Positions 18,801 through 26,855 of a stretch of DNA of 64,000 nt are shown here, piece by piece. The translations under genes and the position numbers were made by a program. The notes under the pieces were generated by a model, which was not told the DNA's origin, ran no database searches, and was given only the letters and a program-made list of their open reading frames with translations. Source of the DNA: Myxococcales bacterium (GTDB taxonomy: Bacteria > Myxococcota_A > UBA9042 > JABWCM01 > BTVJ01); NCBI GenBank assembly GCA_045863395.1, contig BTVJ01000011.1, positions 32,001-96,000 on the forward strand, in the 5' to 3' direction. The stretch's first letter is position 1. Each line of letters begins with the position of its first letter.

Positions 18801-21696
18801 GTGCCCCATCTGCGGCGATGGGGTGGTCGTCGCTCCCGAGGAGTGCGACGACGGTCCCGGCAACAGCGACTCGCTGCCCGACGCCTGCCGCACAGACTGC
18901 CGGGAGGCGCGCTGCGGCGACGGCGTGGTCGATAACGGTGAGGAGTGCGACGGGAGCCTCGGGGCCGGCTGCACCCCGGAGTGCTTGCTGCTGTCGAGCC
19001 CCATCGTGCCCGGCGACCTGGTGATCACGGAGATCATGGTGGACTCGGTCGCGGTCGACGACGCCGTTGGTGAGTGGTTCGAGGTGTTCAACCGCACGGG
19101 GGAGATTCTGTCCATCGGCGGGCTGCACGTCGCCGACGGGCAGGGCTCGGCCCTCGTGCTCTCCGTGCTGATTCCCCCGTATGGAACGGTGGTGCTCGGC
19201 CGCTCCGCGGACCCGGCGCTCAACGGCGGAGTCCCCGTCGACTACGTCTACGAGGGCGTGACCTTGGGGGACTCGGAGGGGACGCTGGCCCTGAGCGTCG
19301 GCGGTGTGCTCATCGACCAGGTGGAGTGGTGGGCGGGTTGGCCTCTGGCGAGCGGCGCGGCCCTGTCCCTGGACGTCGCGAGCTACGACGCGGTGGCCAA
19401 CGACGACCCGGCGAGCTGGTGCCTGGCCACGCAGGTCTACGGCACCGGAGACCGGGGCACGCCAGGGCTCGCAAACGACCAGTGCGGTGGGTGCGGCAAC
19501 GGGGTGAAGGAGCCCGGTGAGGGGTGCGACGCCGGGCCGCTGAACAGCGACACCGTGAAGGACGCGTGCCGGCTGACCTGCGAGCTCCCCTGGTGTGGCG
19601 ACGGCGTCGTGGACACGGGCGAGGAGTGCGACGAGGGCGTCGGCAACAGCGATGTGTTGGCCGGGGTCTGCCGGACGAGCTGCGAGCTGCCAGGGTGCGG
19701 CGACGGCGTGACGGATCCGGCGGAGTTCTGTGACGACGGCAACCTGAGCCCCGGCGACGGGTGCGAGCCGGACTGCACCGTCGGGCCCGTGCTGTGCGGC
19801 AACGGTGCGCTCGACGCCCACGAGCAGTGCGACGACGGCAATCTGGATCCTGGGGACGGCTGCGAGCCGGACTGCTCATATACGAATTACTGCGGCAATG
19901 GCGACCTGGACCCAGGGGAGCAGTGCGACGACGGCGAGAATGAGCCCGGCGATGGCTGCGACCCGTCGTGTCTGCTGGACGAGGGGCCGCCGGTCCCTGG
20001 CGAGCTGGTGATCACCGAGATCATGAAGTCGCCCCTGGCGGTCTCCGACCCGCAGGGCGAGTGGTTCGAGGTGCGCAGCGTGGCCTCTCGGACTCTGGTC
20101 CTCGACGGGTGGGGGCTGATGGACGACACCAGCGATCTGCACGTGATCGGGTCCCTGCAGGTGCCCCCCGGCGGCGTCGTGGTCTTCGGGACAAATGGAG
20201 ATGTGGGAACGAACGGCGGCGTGGTGGTCGACTACGTGTACCCCTCGGTGGATCTGGTGCTCGACGTGGCCGACTCGCTGGTCATCGGTGACGGTCTCGT
20301 GGAGATAGACCGGGTGGACTGGGACGGCGGCTGGCCGAGCACCCCCGGAGTGGCGATGAACCTGGACCCGGGCCGCACGACGGCCGTGCTCAACGACAAG
20401 CAGGTGAGCTGGTGCGACGCCTCGGGGCAGATCGCGCAGGTCGGGCCGGACTTCGGCTCGCCGGGCGAGACCAACCCCATCTGCTGGTCCCTGCTCTGCG
20501 GAAACGCCAAGCTGGACGGGACGGAGCAGTGCGACGACGGGGCCTCCAACAGCGACACGGAGCCCGACGCCTGCCGGAGTGACTGCACGGTGGCCCGGTG
20601 CGGAGACTTCGTGACCGACGGCGGCGAGGAGTGCGATGACGGCGGCCTGATCGGTGGCGGCTGCGAGCCCGACTGCACGTGGACCCGCGTCTGTGGAAAC
20701 GGCGTGGTCGAGCCCGGGGAGGAGTGCGACGACTTCAACGACCAGGGTGGGGACGGCTGCACCGAGGAGTGCCAGATCGAGGTCGTCTGCGGCGACGGGG
20801 TCGTGGCGGGCGACGAGGAGTGCGACGACGGCACCGGGAACAGCGATGAGGTGCCCGGGGCGTGTCGGCTGAACTGTGTCTTCGCGTTCTGCGGCGACGG
20901 CGTCCTCGACCCCGGGGAGGGCTGCGACGACGGCAACCAGGATGCGGGCGACGGGTGCGAGCCGGGGTGTCCCATCCCCGTCGCGTGCGGCAACGGCGTC
21001 GTCGAGCCCGGTGAGGAGTGCGACCACGGCATGCAGAACAGCGACACCCTGGCCAACGCGTGCCGGACCTCGTGCAAGGCGGCGCACTGCGGCGACGGCA
21101 CCATTGACGCGGGCGAGGTGTGCGACGACGGCAACGACGTGGACGGCGACGCGTGTCCCTCGTCCTGCGCTGCGATTCCGCCGTCTCCGGGGGCGGTGAT
21201 CGTCAACGAGCTGATGATTCACCCGAGCGCGGTGGTGGACTCGGACGGAGAGTGGATCGAGCTGGCCAACACCACGAGCGACTGGATCGACCTGCGCGGC
21301 ATGGTGGTCAGCGACATCCAGGGTCAGTCTCACACCATCGCGGACCTGCTCCCGGTGCTGCTGCCCGCCCACGGGTACATCGTGCTGACCAACAACGGCA
21401 ACCCGGGCGCGAACGGGGGCGTGTTCCCGGGCTACGTGTATCCGAGCGCCGATTTGGGGTTGGAGGACGTGGAGGACGGCGTGATCCTCACGTTCGACGA
21501 GGTGGAGATCGACCGGGTGGTCTACACGGTGGGCTGGCCGGCGGGCAGCGGCGCGAGCATGTCCCTGGCGCCGTGGGCCATGTCCGCGGTCGCAAACGAC
21601 GTCCCCGCGGCCTGGTGCAACGCGACCAGCGAGATTGGCGCCATGCCCGGCGCAGACCTGGGGACGCCAGGCGGCCCCAACGACCCCTGCCCCTGA
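9811..21696 (+). CDS. Giant (~3960 aa) surface lipoprotein with 14 lamin-tail domains, myxobacterial Cys-rich (DUF4215-type) repeats and CCxVAWD repeats
   Basis: Lipobox LAAC after MKVRFAC...; 14 copies of LVITEIM.NP....D..GEW.E...GTPG.PN; many CGNG..E.GE.CDDGN...DGC repeats. Confidence 0.9.
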   Translation: MKVRFACAIAALFLLGLAACSGEDGPAPPPGTDVVDGAGGVDAEPQDAQPDATGEPDAPDAGGDTADAGTDAPDPADVPDTTVADVDATGPAERLLVTEVMRNPKAVPDGDGEWIELTNVGEVPVALDGLRLRDDGTDDHVITGSGVVLKPGELVVVGSNGDQGQNGGAPVGYVYSGFVLGNDADAVIVERDGVVLDRVAYGAGWPDVEGSSFMLAPSAMDEAANDAPGAWCASVTPMSGGDRGTPGEPNPPCVDPVEADCTNGTDDDGDGVTDCDDSDCYAAPACAPIPPGALVITEIMQNPDAVQDTVGEWIEIANTTDMPLDLDGLVLAKASGTKHVISNGGPLLVAPGGLIVLGASADTAANGGAPVAYTWSGYSLGNGADDVILRSGDLVVDQVAWDDGATFPDPTGASMALSPDALDADANDAGAAWCASTAPFGAGDLGTPGLPNPPCEPPLCGNGEPDPGEVCDDGNQVPGDGCEPNCKVTPGGCGDGKMNPGEECDDGNLKAGDGCSPSCELEQALPPGALLITEIMVNPKAVDDPKGEWFEVLNTTVLPVDLAGFTIGDGQTDLHVITPKKPLLLAPGKRFVLGPNDDVNTNGGLIVDYAYGADLVLGNGGDTLFIAYGKVVDSVTWTFPAFPGFEGRAMQLAPEHHSAVANDLASSWCGATAVYGAGDFGTPGAPNTPCVPCGNGTKEPEEQCDDGNFVSGDGCEPDCTLTPPPCGNGKPDAGEQCDDGNDVPGDGCEPDCTLTPPLCGNGALDDGEECDDGNADGLDGCDADCKVEVAPGDVVITEIMQNPAAVADADGEWFEVRNLRDHDIPLGGWTIADMGTDLHVIGDLVLPAGGVLVLGNNAEMGTNGGAPVDYQYAGVVLGNGADSIVLSRAGVVIDQVAWDDGLTFPDPDGASMQLDATKLDAGINDLGGAWCVGQVPYGAGDRGTPGGANLPCTGLVKCGDGACDPDAGEDCRTCTGDCGPCDGCLPAAAAGCGGCACEACVCGDDAFCCDVAWDLACALGCSACGAACQSDGCSPSVLPGCGQCACEAAVCAADPSCCDVAWDDGCVAACVAAGGDCGSDGCSVSALPGCDGCGCEACVCAQDPSCCDVAWDIQCVQRCFECSGGCLSDGCAASALPGCNGCACEAAVCGDDAWCCEVAWDVSCAAACGATQDCGSDGCAVSQLAGCGSCACEADVCAGDPICCEVAWDASCAAACAATQDCGSDGCSPSVRPGCGGCACEAAVCAADPACCDVAWDLRCALACSATQDCGTDGCSPSVAGGCGGCACEAAVCAADPACCDVAWDAACVVACLAHQDCGFSCGDGTLEPGEQCDQGASNSDTEPGACRTSCEPAWCGDGVTDPGESCDDGNDAPGDGCASCLVETPAVGPGDLVITEIMQNPAAVSDALGEWFEVKNTTSATLDLSGLVIRDNGTDSHVIEGGPQVLLGPGAVLALGNNGNPATNGGAPVGYQYSGVTLGNTSDAIIVMAGAVVIDQVAWDDGATFPKPNGASMSLDPSATDAAANDLGAAWCLGTTGYGAGDMGTPGAPNPVCPACGDGVCGDLEICATCPGDCGACSDGCTESPWPGCSGCACEACVCAADSFCCDTAWDAACVTLCALDCQGCSTCGNGQVEPGEECDDGGEEDGDGCSAECAVEVTSPYPGSLVITEIMADPVAVSDLTGEWVEVLNVTSTPLTLDGLQLADASGATFTVAPAVPLVVAPGARVVFGLSGTEGDNGGVAVDVVYGGFALGDAGDTVTLLHGGKVVDQVAYGPPFPLVPGRSMSLDPGLTTAADNDDAESWCAGNQPFGDGDLGTPGAPNPPCGSGFCGNGLVESGEECDHGGANSDTEPDACRTDCRAPSCGDGVTDTGESCDDGNDEPGDGCEVDCKATGEQDCGNGTVELPEECDDGNDDPTDGCTECEWSALPVQAGALVITEILAVSKATPSPAGAWIEIYNPGVSPVDVRLLVVSDGAGGLHTIAGGPDPRLVPPGEFAVLGAAGPAVNGGVAVLDTWGGAIALGPAGGNLVRLISPAGVVDEVYYGEAAFPPLVAGVSIELDQGYLDELSNDEGGRWCPSQKVFGAGDQGSPGAGGHDCSAIPACGNGIVELGESCDDGNDVGGDGCSEGCVTEEWPQPGPGELVITEIMQNPAAVDDAGGEWFEVRNVTGDTLDLSGVVMKDLGSDVHVISPEHPLLVAAGAHLVLGRSSDVGGGLAPGYVYAGFTLGNASDAIVLEGAAGLIDAVAYDNGLTFPDPDGASMSLDPEATTAAANDLGANWCAGKTPYGAGDLGSPGAANPPCSSCGDGVEDPGEDCDDGNDEGGDGCEPDCTLTPDCGNGVVEAGEQCDDGNEASGDGCSGCLVDSFPAPGLGDVVITEIMVDPVALPDALGEWIEVYNNTAGILDLSGVVLRDNGGEAVVLSPAKALWIKPGQHLVLARTDAAGVDPAAVYGDAFTLDDDADEVILEGPAGFIDQVQYSVEGGFPLAQGASMSLGSETTTAFLNDLALAWCVATTPFASGDLGTPGAPNPACPYCGNGVSEGGEACDDGNQDTGDGCEPDCTLTPDCGNGVVEAGEACDDGNEVSGDGCSADCAVEIIGHPPAGAVVITEIMQNPEAVPDAAGEWVELTSVGTVAYDLSGVVLRDDDGEAVTLSPTAPLLLPPGGVLLLGRSGDLGGGLAPDWVYGGGFSLLNGADGVILEGELGIIDVVRYDDGVTFPDPIGRSMSLSPDMTDAVANDDGAAWCEGFVAYGAGDFGTPGAPNPPCPVCGDGAVEGWEECDDGNDEGGDGCEVDCTVTPAACGNGLLDAGEECDDGNEDDGDGCDSACFFEFKPPAPGQLVITEIMRDPVGAGTWWVEVTNVAGVALDLDGLALADDGTDLYLVASAAPVPLLPGEAFVFAADGDLETNGGVPVDHVVAGFSLDADQDQVILLGELGVLDRVAYDDGFPSLPGASMALDPGLYDAVDNDLPEAWCLGALPYGAGGLGTPGAVNPPCPICGDGVVVAPEECDDGPGNSDSLPDACRTDCREARCGDGVVDNGEECDGSLGAGCTPECLLLSSPIVPGDLVITEIMVDSVAVDDAVGEWFEVFNRTGEILSIGGLHVADGQGSALVLSVLIPPYGTVVLGRSADPALNGGVPVDYVYEGVTLGDSEGTLALSVGGVLIDQVEWWAGWPLASGAALSLDVASYDAVANDDPASWCLATQVYGTGDRGTPGLANDQCGGCGNGVKEPGEGCDAGPLNSDTVKDACRLTCELPWCGDGVVDTGEECDEGVGNSDVLAGVCRTSCELPGCGDGVTDPAEFCDDGNLSPGDGCEPDCTVGPVLCGNGALDAHEQCDDGNLDPGDGCEPDCSYTNYCGNGDLDPGEQCDDGENEPGDGCDPSCLLDEGPPVPGELVITEIMKSPLAVSDPQGEWFEVRSVASRTLVLDGWGLMDDTSDLHVIGSLQVPPGGVVVFGTNGDVGTNGGVVVDYVYPSVDLVLDVADSLVIGDGLVEIDRVDWDGGWPSTPGVAMNLDPGRTTAVLNDKQVSWCDASGQIAQVGPDFGSPGETNPICWSLLCGNAKLDGTEQCDDGASNSDTEPDACRSDCTVARCGDFVTDGGEECDDGGLIGGGCEPDCTWTRVCGNGVVEPGEECDDFNDQGGDGCTEECQIEVVCGDGVVAGDEECDDGTGNSDEVPGACRLNCVFAFCGDGVLDPGEGCDDGNQDAGDGCEPGCPIPVACGNGVVEPGEECDHGMQNSDTLANACRTSCKAAHCGDGTIDAGEVCDDGNDVDGDACPSSCAAIPPSPGAVIVNELMIHPSAVVDSDGEWIELANTTSDWIDLRGMVVSDIQGQSHTIADLLPVLLPAHGYIVLTNNGNPGANGGVFPGYVYPSADLGLEDVEDGVILTFDEVEIDRVVYTVGWPAGSGASMSLAPWAMSAVANDVPAAWCNATSEIGAMPGADLGTPGGPNDPCP
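12750..13770 (+). repeat. Seven tandem ~47-48 aa Cys-rich repeats (DGC....GC.GC.CEA.VC..D..CC[DE]VAWD..C) inside the giant protein; an eighth copy lies near 14545-14690
   Basis: Direct inspection of the translation; boundaries approximate. Confidence 0.85.
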
Positions 21697-21714
21697 CGCT
21701 CGAGAGAGACTGAG

Positions 21715-22197
21715 ATGGCACGTGCCCTCTTGCCCCTGACGACGACGGTCGAGCAGCGCGCCGAGCTGCTCGACGGCACCCAGCTCGGGAAGGACCTGGC
21801 GTGGCCGGAGCTCGTCGGCGTGGCGACGTTCATGCGCTCCCTCCGGGCCGAGCCGGGGGCGACGCTCTTCGCGGAGGGCGACCGCCAGGGGCGCCTCTGG
21901 GTCGTCGCGGCCGGGACGGTGAGCATCCAGAAGGCGGACTCGGACGGCAATCGCAAGGAGATCGCGACGGTCGGGGCGGGCCGCATGCTCGGCGAGATGG
22001 GGCTCGTCGACGGGGCGCCCGCCTCGGCGAGCGCCGTGGCCGCGACGGACGTGACCGCGCTCGTGCTCACCCGCGACGACTTCGACGCGATGACCGAGCG
22101 GCCGCCGTTCACGGGCGTGAAGCTCCTGCGGCACATCGCGCGGCTCTTGAGTCAGCGCCTGCGCCAGACCAGCGGCGCGCTGGTCGATAGATTGTGA
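21715..22197 (+). CDS. Stand-alone cyclic nucleotide-binding (CAP_ED) domain protein
   Basis: LFAEGD, G..LGEMGLVDG.P.SASA..; no HTH; starts 18 bp after the giant gene. Confidence 0.85.
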   Translation: MARALLPLTTTVEQRAELLDGTQLGKDLAWPELVGVATFMRSLRAEPGATLFAEGDRQGRLWVVAAGTVSIQKADSDGNRKEIATVGAGRMLGEMGLVDGAPASASAVAATDVTALVLTRDDFDAMTERPPFTGVKLLRHIARLLSQRLRQTSGALVDRL

Positions 22198-22375
22198 CGC
22201 ACGGCCGTGACCGGCCGTGACGCTGTGGCAGACCCTGGCAGGGGCCTCACCGTGCGGGTATGAGGGGCTGCAGGGTGACGGCTCGTTCCAACAACCACGC
22301 CACCATCGCCCTGCGGAGCGGCTGCCCTGAGCTCCTCGGGCTCCCCGTCTCAGAACAGGTTGGCGCAGACGGAGC

Positions 22376-24313
22376 TCAGGCGGCCTCGGGCACTCGGCCG
22401 CAGTGGTGGCAGCTCAGAGTGCCGCTCGCGACGCCGAGGAGCCCTCCGCAGCTCCGGCAGGCCCGCTCCCGCGCCAGCGTCCGGTAGAGGTCGCGGGCCA
22501 CGATGCGGGCGCAGGATCGGTCATATACCGCGTCTATCTGGTCGGCTCCCGTGAGGAAGACCGCCAACCCCGCCGCCTCGTCATGCGTGCAGCGCAAGAA
22601 CGCGCCAAGCTGCACGAGCGACATCTCTCCGCGCGCCGCGAGCTCGCGGTCAAGCTCGCTCGCGCTCCAGCGGCCGAAGTGCAGCAGATTGCGGCGTGAC
22701 CGCAGCGCCACGAGCGCGGCGAGCGGGACGAGCAGCGGCGTGAGCACCAGGAGCGCGACGAGCAGCGGCCCATAGCCACGCCCATCCGTGAGCGCCTTGC
22801 CCGCCCGTCGCGCGAGCCACCCCAGGAGCCCTCCGATGGCCGCGACACCGGCGCTCCAGCCCACCGCCGCGCCGAAGCCGGCGTGCACCAGCTCGTCGAA
22901 GAAGGCCACGACCACCATCAGAGCGGTCCACACGAGGATCGCCACGCCGAACGCGTCGAGCAGGGAGGCGAGGGCCGCCACCAGGTTCGGGACGGGTCGC
23001 AGGGGCACGGCTGCTCGCATCCCGGCATATTCGCGGTCGCAGTGGCGGCACGTGACGAGCCCGGCCCCGGTCACGTGCGTCGCGCCTCCGCAGCCCGGGC
23101 ACAGCGCCAGGTCGTCCCGCAGCGCGGCGGCGTCGGGAGACAGCGCCTGCCCGGCCTCCCAATCCACGACCAGCGGGAGCTCGGGGTGGCCCCGCACGAT
23201 GGACTCGAGCCGCGAGCGGGACAAGCGGAACCGCCGCGCCAGCGCGCCGAGCTCGACCACGCCCTCGGCGCGGACCACCTCGGCGATGCGGTAGCGCGCT
23301 GCGCCGATCCACGTGCGCACGCCGGGCGTCCACCAGGCGAGCAGCGGGGCAGCGGGGATGAGCGGCACGAGCCAGAAGGCGGGCTCCACCTGAGCCGCAG
23401 GCCACAGGAGCACCGCGTACAGGACGGGGACTCCGAAGGCCAGGTGCCACGCCTCCGCGTGTGTGCGCCGCAGGAGTCGCAGCAGCCGAAGCGCCACCCA
23501 CGCGAGCGCGCCGAGCAGCCCCGCGTAGGCCAGCGCCGCGGTCGCCCCCGCCGTGAGCCGCTCCACGCCCGTGTATTGGGGCGAGAGCACGTCGAAGGCC
23601 ACGAGGGGCACCATCAAGGAAATGGTGGCGCCGAGCGCCGCTGCCTGACCGAGCGCCATGACCGCGACGCTCGCCACCGGCGGAAGCACCAGGGCGATGA
23701 GCGCCAGGGCGAGCAGCAGCGCGACGGCCACGGCCGGCACACCGAGCTGCCGCAACGCTTCGGACCAATATGCGGGCGCCGGTGGCAGGTCCGGCACCTC
23801 GACGCGGATGTGCAGCACGGAGTCTGCGGGGAGCGGCCCGCCCCGCGTGGTGAGACTGCCGTCGGCGCGCTCCGCCTCCGGGAGCTCGGCGACCGAGAGC
23901 CTGGCGTCCGTCCCCGCCTCGAGCCGCACCGAGACCGCGCTGAGTGGCGGCGCGTCGTACAAGCGCAGCACGAGCTCGCCGCGTGGCTCCGTCGGGTGCA
24001 GCGCGCCGTGCAGCGTGTAGCTCACCGTGGGCGCGGTGGTCGCGGAGAGCTGCACGCGGACCCGATCACTGCCGTAGCGCATCACCTCGGAGGTCGCGCC
24101 TGCGACCTGGAGCCCGGTGACCCGCTGCGCCAGCGGCGGGCGGCCCGACCAGGGTCCGAGGAACACGCTGCGGGCGAGCCCGGACGGCTCTCCTTCGAGG
24201 GCCCAGCGCTCGGTGACGGCGAGCCCGCGGTCCCCGGTCGGCGTGAGCACGATCTCGAGCTCAGCGGAGGGCGCGAGCCCGAACAGCGCGATGGTGAATA
24301 GGAGCCACGTCAC
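22376..24313 (-). CDS. Membrane protein with an N-terminal beta-rich extracytoplasmic domain and two TM + winged-helix + Zn-ribbon modules
   Basis: GTG start with signal peptide, TM clusters, CPGCGG..CRHC and CRSCGG..CHHC ribbons each preceded by a wH/PCI-like segment. Confidence 0.6.
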   Translation of the reverse strand: MTWLLFTIALFGLAPSAELEIVLTPTGDRGLAVTERWALEGEPSGLARSVFLGPWSGRPPLAQRVTGLQVAGATSEVMRYGSDRVRVQLSATTAPTVSYTLHGALHPTEPRGELVLRLYDAPPLSAVSVRLEAGTDARLSVAELPEAERADGSLTTRGGPLPADSVLHIRVEVPDLPPAPAYWSEALRQLGVPAVAVALLLALALIALVLPPVASVAVMALGQAAALGATISLMVPLVAFDVLSPQYTGVERLTAGATAALAYAGLLGALAWVALRLLRLLRRTHAEAWHLAFGVPVLYAVLLWPAAQVEPAFWLVPLIPAAPLLAWWTPGVRTWIGAARYRIAEVVRAEGVVELGALARRFRLSRSRLESIVRGHPELPLVVDWEAGQALSPDAAALRDDLALCPGCGGATHVTGAGLVTCRHCDREYAGMRAAVPLRPVPNLVAALASLLDAFGVAILVWTALMVVVAFFDELVHAGFGAAVGWSAGVAAIGGLLGWLARRAGKALTDGRGYGPLLVALLVLTPLLVPLAALVALRSRRNLLHFGRWSASELDRELAARGEMSLVQLGAFLRCTHDEAAGLAVFLTGADQIDAVYDRSCARIVARDLYRTLARERACRSCGGLLGVASGTLSCHHCGRVPEAA

Positions 24314-24613
24314 GTGTCGTTGCCGCTGGTCAGGGTGGGCCGCCCGCGCGTGTCGTCGAGACCGCCACGGGAACCCCAGTGTCGCTGCGGGCCTTCTACC
24401 ATGGATGACGGCCCGAGGCCACGCACGGGTGGGCGCCACACAGGGGCCGCGCCGCTCTCGCCGCGGTGCTCGGCCGCTTCGTGCCCCCGGGGGGGCTCCC
24501 TGTAGACGCGACCAGCAGCGGCGCTGCCCTCGGGGGCTCTCTGGAGTGGTTGAGCGCCCCGACCGGGATACTCCGGCAGTCCCACACTCCGGCAGCAGGG
24601 CCACGCCGGACGC

Positions 24614-25024
24614 TCAGGCGGTGCGCTCCTGCTTGCGGATCACGAGCTTCAGGCCGGACCAGACTTCGCTCACGGCGCAGACCTTGACGTCGACGAACCC
24701 GAGCGGCAGGGCGACGTCCCGAATCACGTCCTCCGTGATGTCCGTGGGCACCTTGGACGCCTTCTTGGGCCAGGACACCCACACGAAGCCGTCCTGCCGG
24801 AGCTGTCTGCGCAGCTCGGGGAGCAGACTCTCCAACGCGGCGCGCTCCACGACGAAGGCATGCACTGCCTGTAGCGGGTCGGGCGGAGTGGTTGCGAGTG
24901 ACACACCGGCCGGCACGTCTCCCAGCCAGACCGGATAGTCAGGCGGGGCACCGACGACCAGCAGCTCCATCGGAGGCACGAGGCCGAGCTTCGCGAAGAG
25001 TGGCTTGCCCGAGTATCCTGCCAT
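24614..25024 (-). CDS. DUF3052 family protein
   Basis: MAGYSGKPL..KLG, WVSWPKK, GFVDVKVCAV...WSGLKLV; GGAGG RBS. Confidence 0.88.
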   Translation of the reverse strand: MAGYSGKPLFAKLGLVPPMELLVVGAPPDYPVWLGDVPAGVSLATTPPDPLQAVHAFVVERAALESLLPELRRQLRQDGFVWVSWPKKASKVPTDITEDVIRDVALPLGFVDVKVCAVSEVWSGLKLVIRKQERTA

Positions 25025-25223
25025 CGTGTCCTCCTCCCTGCGTCGCGGGCGCCCTCTCGCACCATGCACGGAGCGGCCACCCGGCTCGCGGAGCATAGCG
25101 CGTGCGGCGCCCTCCGTCGACGGATACGGGCTGGCGCGCCTCCGTCCAGCGACCCCCTCCTCCGCCAGCTCTCGACGTGGTAGTCTCCCGTGTCGGCGGA
25201 TCACGGCGAGACGGAGGAAGGCG

Positions 25224-26732
25224 ATGCGCATCGGGCGTTCGGTGGGTCTGTGGGCGCTCGTCGCGTGTGCGTGCGACGAGCTGGTGCTCGTGCCGGGCGA
25301 GGGGGTGGATGCCCCGGGCCGTGGTGCCTCCTACGACGCCCTCGTGCGCGGCGGGGACGCCTCACCGGGAACGGACACGGGGTCCTGGGGCCGCGGTGGC
25401 ACGGACGGCGCCTCGCCAGGGTGGAGCGGTGACGCGGGCCTCCCGTGGGACGTCGGCGCTCCTCCGGGGGACGCCAGCGCCTGGGACGCCACCCCCTGGG
25501 ACGCCAGCGCCTGGGACGCGGGTACGCCCCCGGAGGACGCGGGCTCCCCGCTGTATGACGACTCCTCAACCGACGCCGGCCCTGGCGGTGCGGAGGACAT
25601 CCCCACCCCGCCGTTCCCCGACGCAGGCTCCCCCGACGCCGGCGAGCCGGATCCCCCCGACCCGTGCGCGACCGCGAGCTGCGAAGACGGCCTCTGGTGT
25701 ACCGCCGACTGGTGTACCGGCGGCGCCTGCCAGCACGCCCACGACGTGGGCTGCCTCATCGCCGGCGTGTGCTGGCAGGACGGTGACGGGAACCCAGCCA
25801 ACGGCTGCGAGCGGTGCTCCTCACTCGCCTCCCCCGGCGGGTGGACCTGGGACCCGGGCATCCCCATGGCCCCCTCCGCTCCGCCGGGCAGCGCCTCGAA
25901 CCGCATCGACGTGGCGACCCTCTCGTGCTCGGCCTGCGGCAAATCCTGCCCCGCGACGTCAGAGAAGTGCCTGTGTCTCGACGACTTCCAGGCGCTGAAC
26001 GCTCCCGGCTACCCCCACTTCCTCGCCCTCGGCACCGACACGTGGCGCCCCGCCGCCTGGGCGAAGGGCAACTTCGCCGCCGTCTACATCGACGACCTGA
26101 ACGGCCCGTACTTCGCCGGCAAGTCCGGGAAGCAGGCGGTGGACGAGCTGCTCGCCGCCGAGGCCGCGCAGTGGCCCGGGGGCCTCGCGTCCTGGTTCGT
26201 CGTCAACGAGATCTCCGCCGGAACGTGGCCGGCCAACAGCGCGTATCGCCAGTACGTCGTGGACTACGCAAAGGCGCTGAAGGCGGCTGGCAAGAAGCCT
26301 GTGATCCTGTCTCCTTTCGCGACCCCGGGGAATGCCTGGCCCGAGTGGAAGGAGCTGGCCGCGACGGCGTTCGTCGGCGCCGAGAGCTACAAGGAGACGA
26401 CCGGTGAGAAGGTCAACGCGAGCGGCAACTCGGTCGCCTACTGCAAGGCGGCCTACATGGAGACCGTCAACGCCTATGCCAGCGTGGGCGTGCCCCTCTC
26501 CAAGCTCTTCCTGGTCGAGCACTTCGGTCAGACGCCGAAGGGAGAAGCCTGGGGGCGCGCGGGCGTGTCGGCCGCCGGCTGGAAGAACGCGATCATCGCG
26601 CGGGGAAACGCTGCGAAGCAGATTGGCTTCGCGGGCTTCATCTCCTACGGGTGGGGCACGAACAAGCTCGGCGTCTCGGCCGCGGAGCGTCTGACCTTCG
26701 TCGAGGCCTACAACTCGGTGCCATTGCCCTGA
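25224..26732 (+). CDS. Exported/lipoprotein with DAG linker, Cys-rich module and C-terminal alpha/beta-barrel-like domain
   Basis: Signal ending ...ACAC, DAG repeats, CEDGLWCT.D.C module; C-terminal domain with VNE and VEH motifs. Confidence 0.6.
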   Translation: MRIGRSVGLWALVACACDELVLVPGEGVDAPGRGASYDALVRGGDASPGTDTGSWGRGGTDGASPGWSGDAGLPWDVGAPPGDASAWDATPWDASAWDAGTPPEDAGSPLYDDSSTDAGPGGAEDIPTPPFPDAGSPDAGEPDPPDPCATASCEDGLWCTADWCTGGACQHAHDVGCLIAGVCWQDGDGNPANGCERCSSLASPGGWTWDPGIPMAPSAPPGSASNRIDVATLSCSACGKSCPATSEKCLCLDDFQALNAPGYPHFLALGTDTWRPAAWAKGNFAAVYIDDLNGPYFAGKSGKQAVDELLAAEAAQWPGGLASWFVVNEISAGTWPANSAYRQYVVDYAKALKAAGKKPVILSPFATPGNAWPEWKELAATAFVGAESYKETTGEKVNASGNSVAYCKAAYMETVNAYASVGVPLSKLFLVEHFGQTPKGEAWGRAGVSAAGWKNAIIARGNAAKQIGFAGFISYGWGTNKLGVSAAERLTFVEAYNSVPLP

Positions 26733-26855
26733 GACCGTGGCTACAGACGAGATCCGTGATCCCGACATCGGGCCCTGCGCGGTGGAACGTGGAAACTCGA
26801 GTCTCGTCCGCGAGCGCTCTACACGGGGGGCCTCCCGCCGAGGGAGTGCGCCAGC

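Noticed and set aside
22198..22245. Short direct repeats CGGCCGTGAC x2 and TGGCAG x2 after the cNMP gene
   Set aside because: Too short to be significant in 70% GC DNA
25470..25520. 15-bp tandem repeats (DASAW-DATPW-DASAW)
   Set aside because: Ordinary low-complexity DAG-type lipoprotein linker
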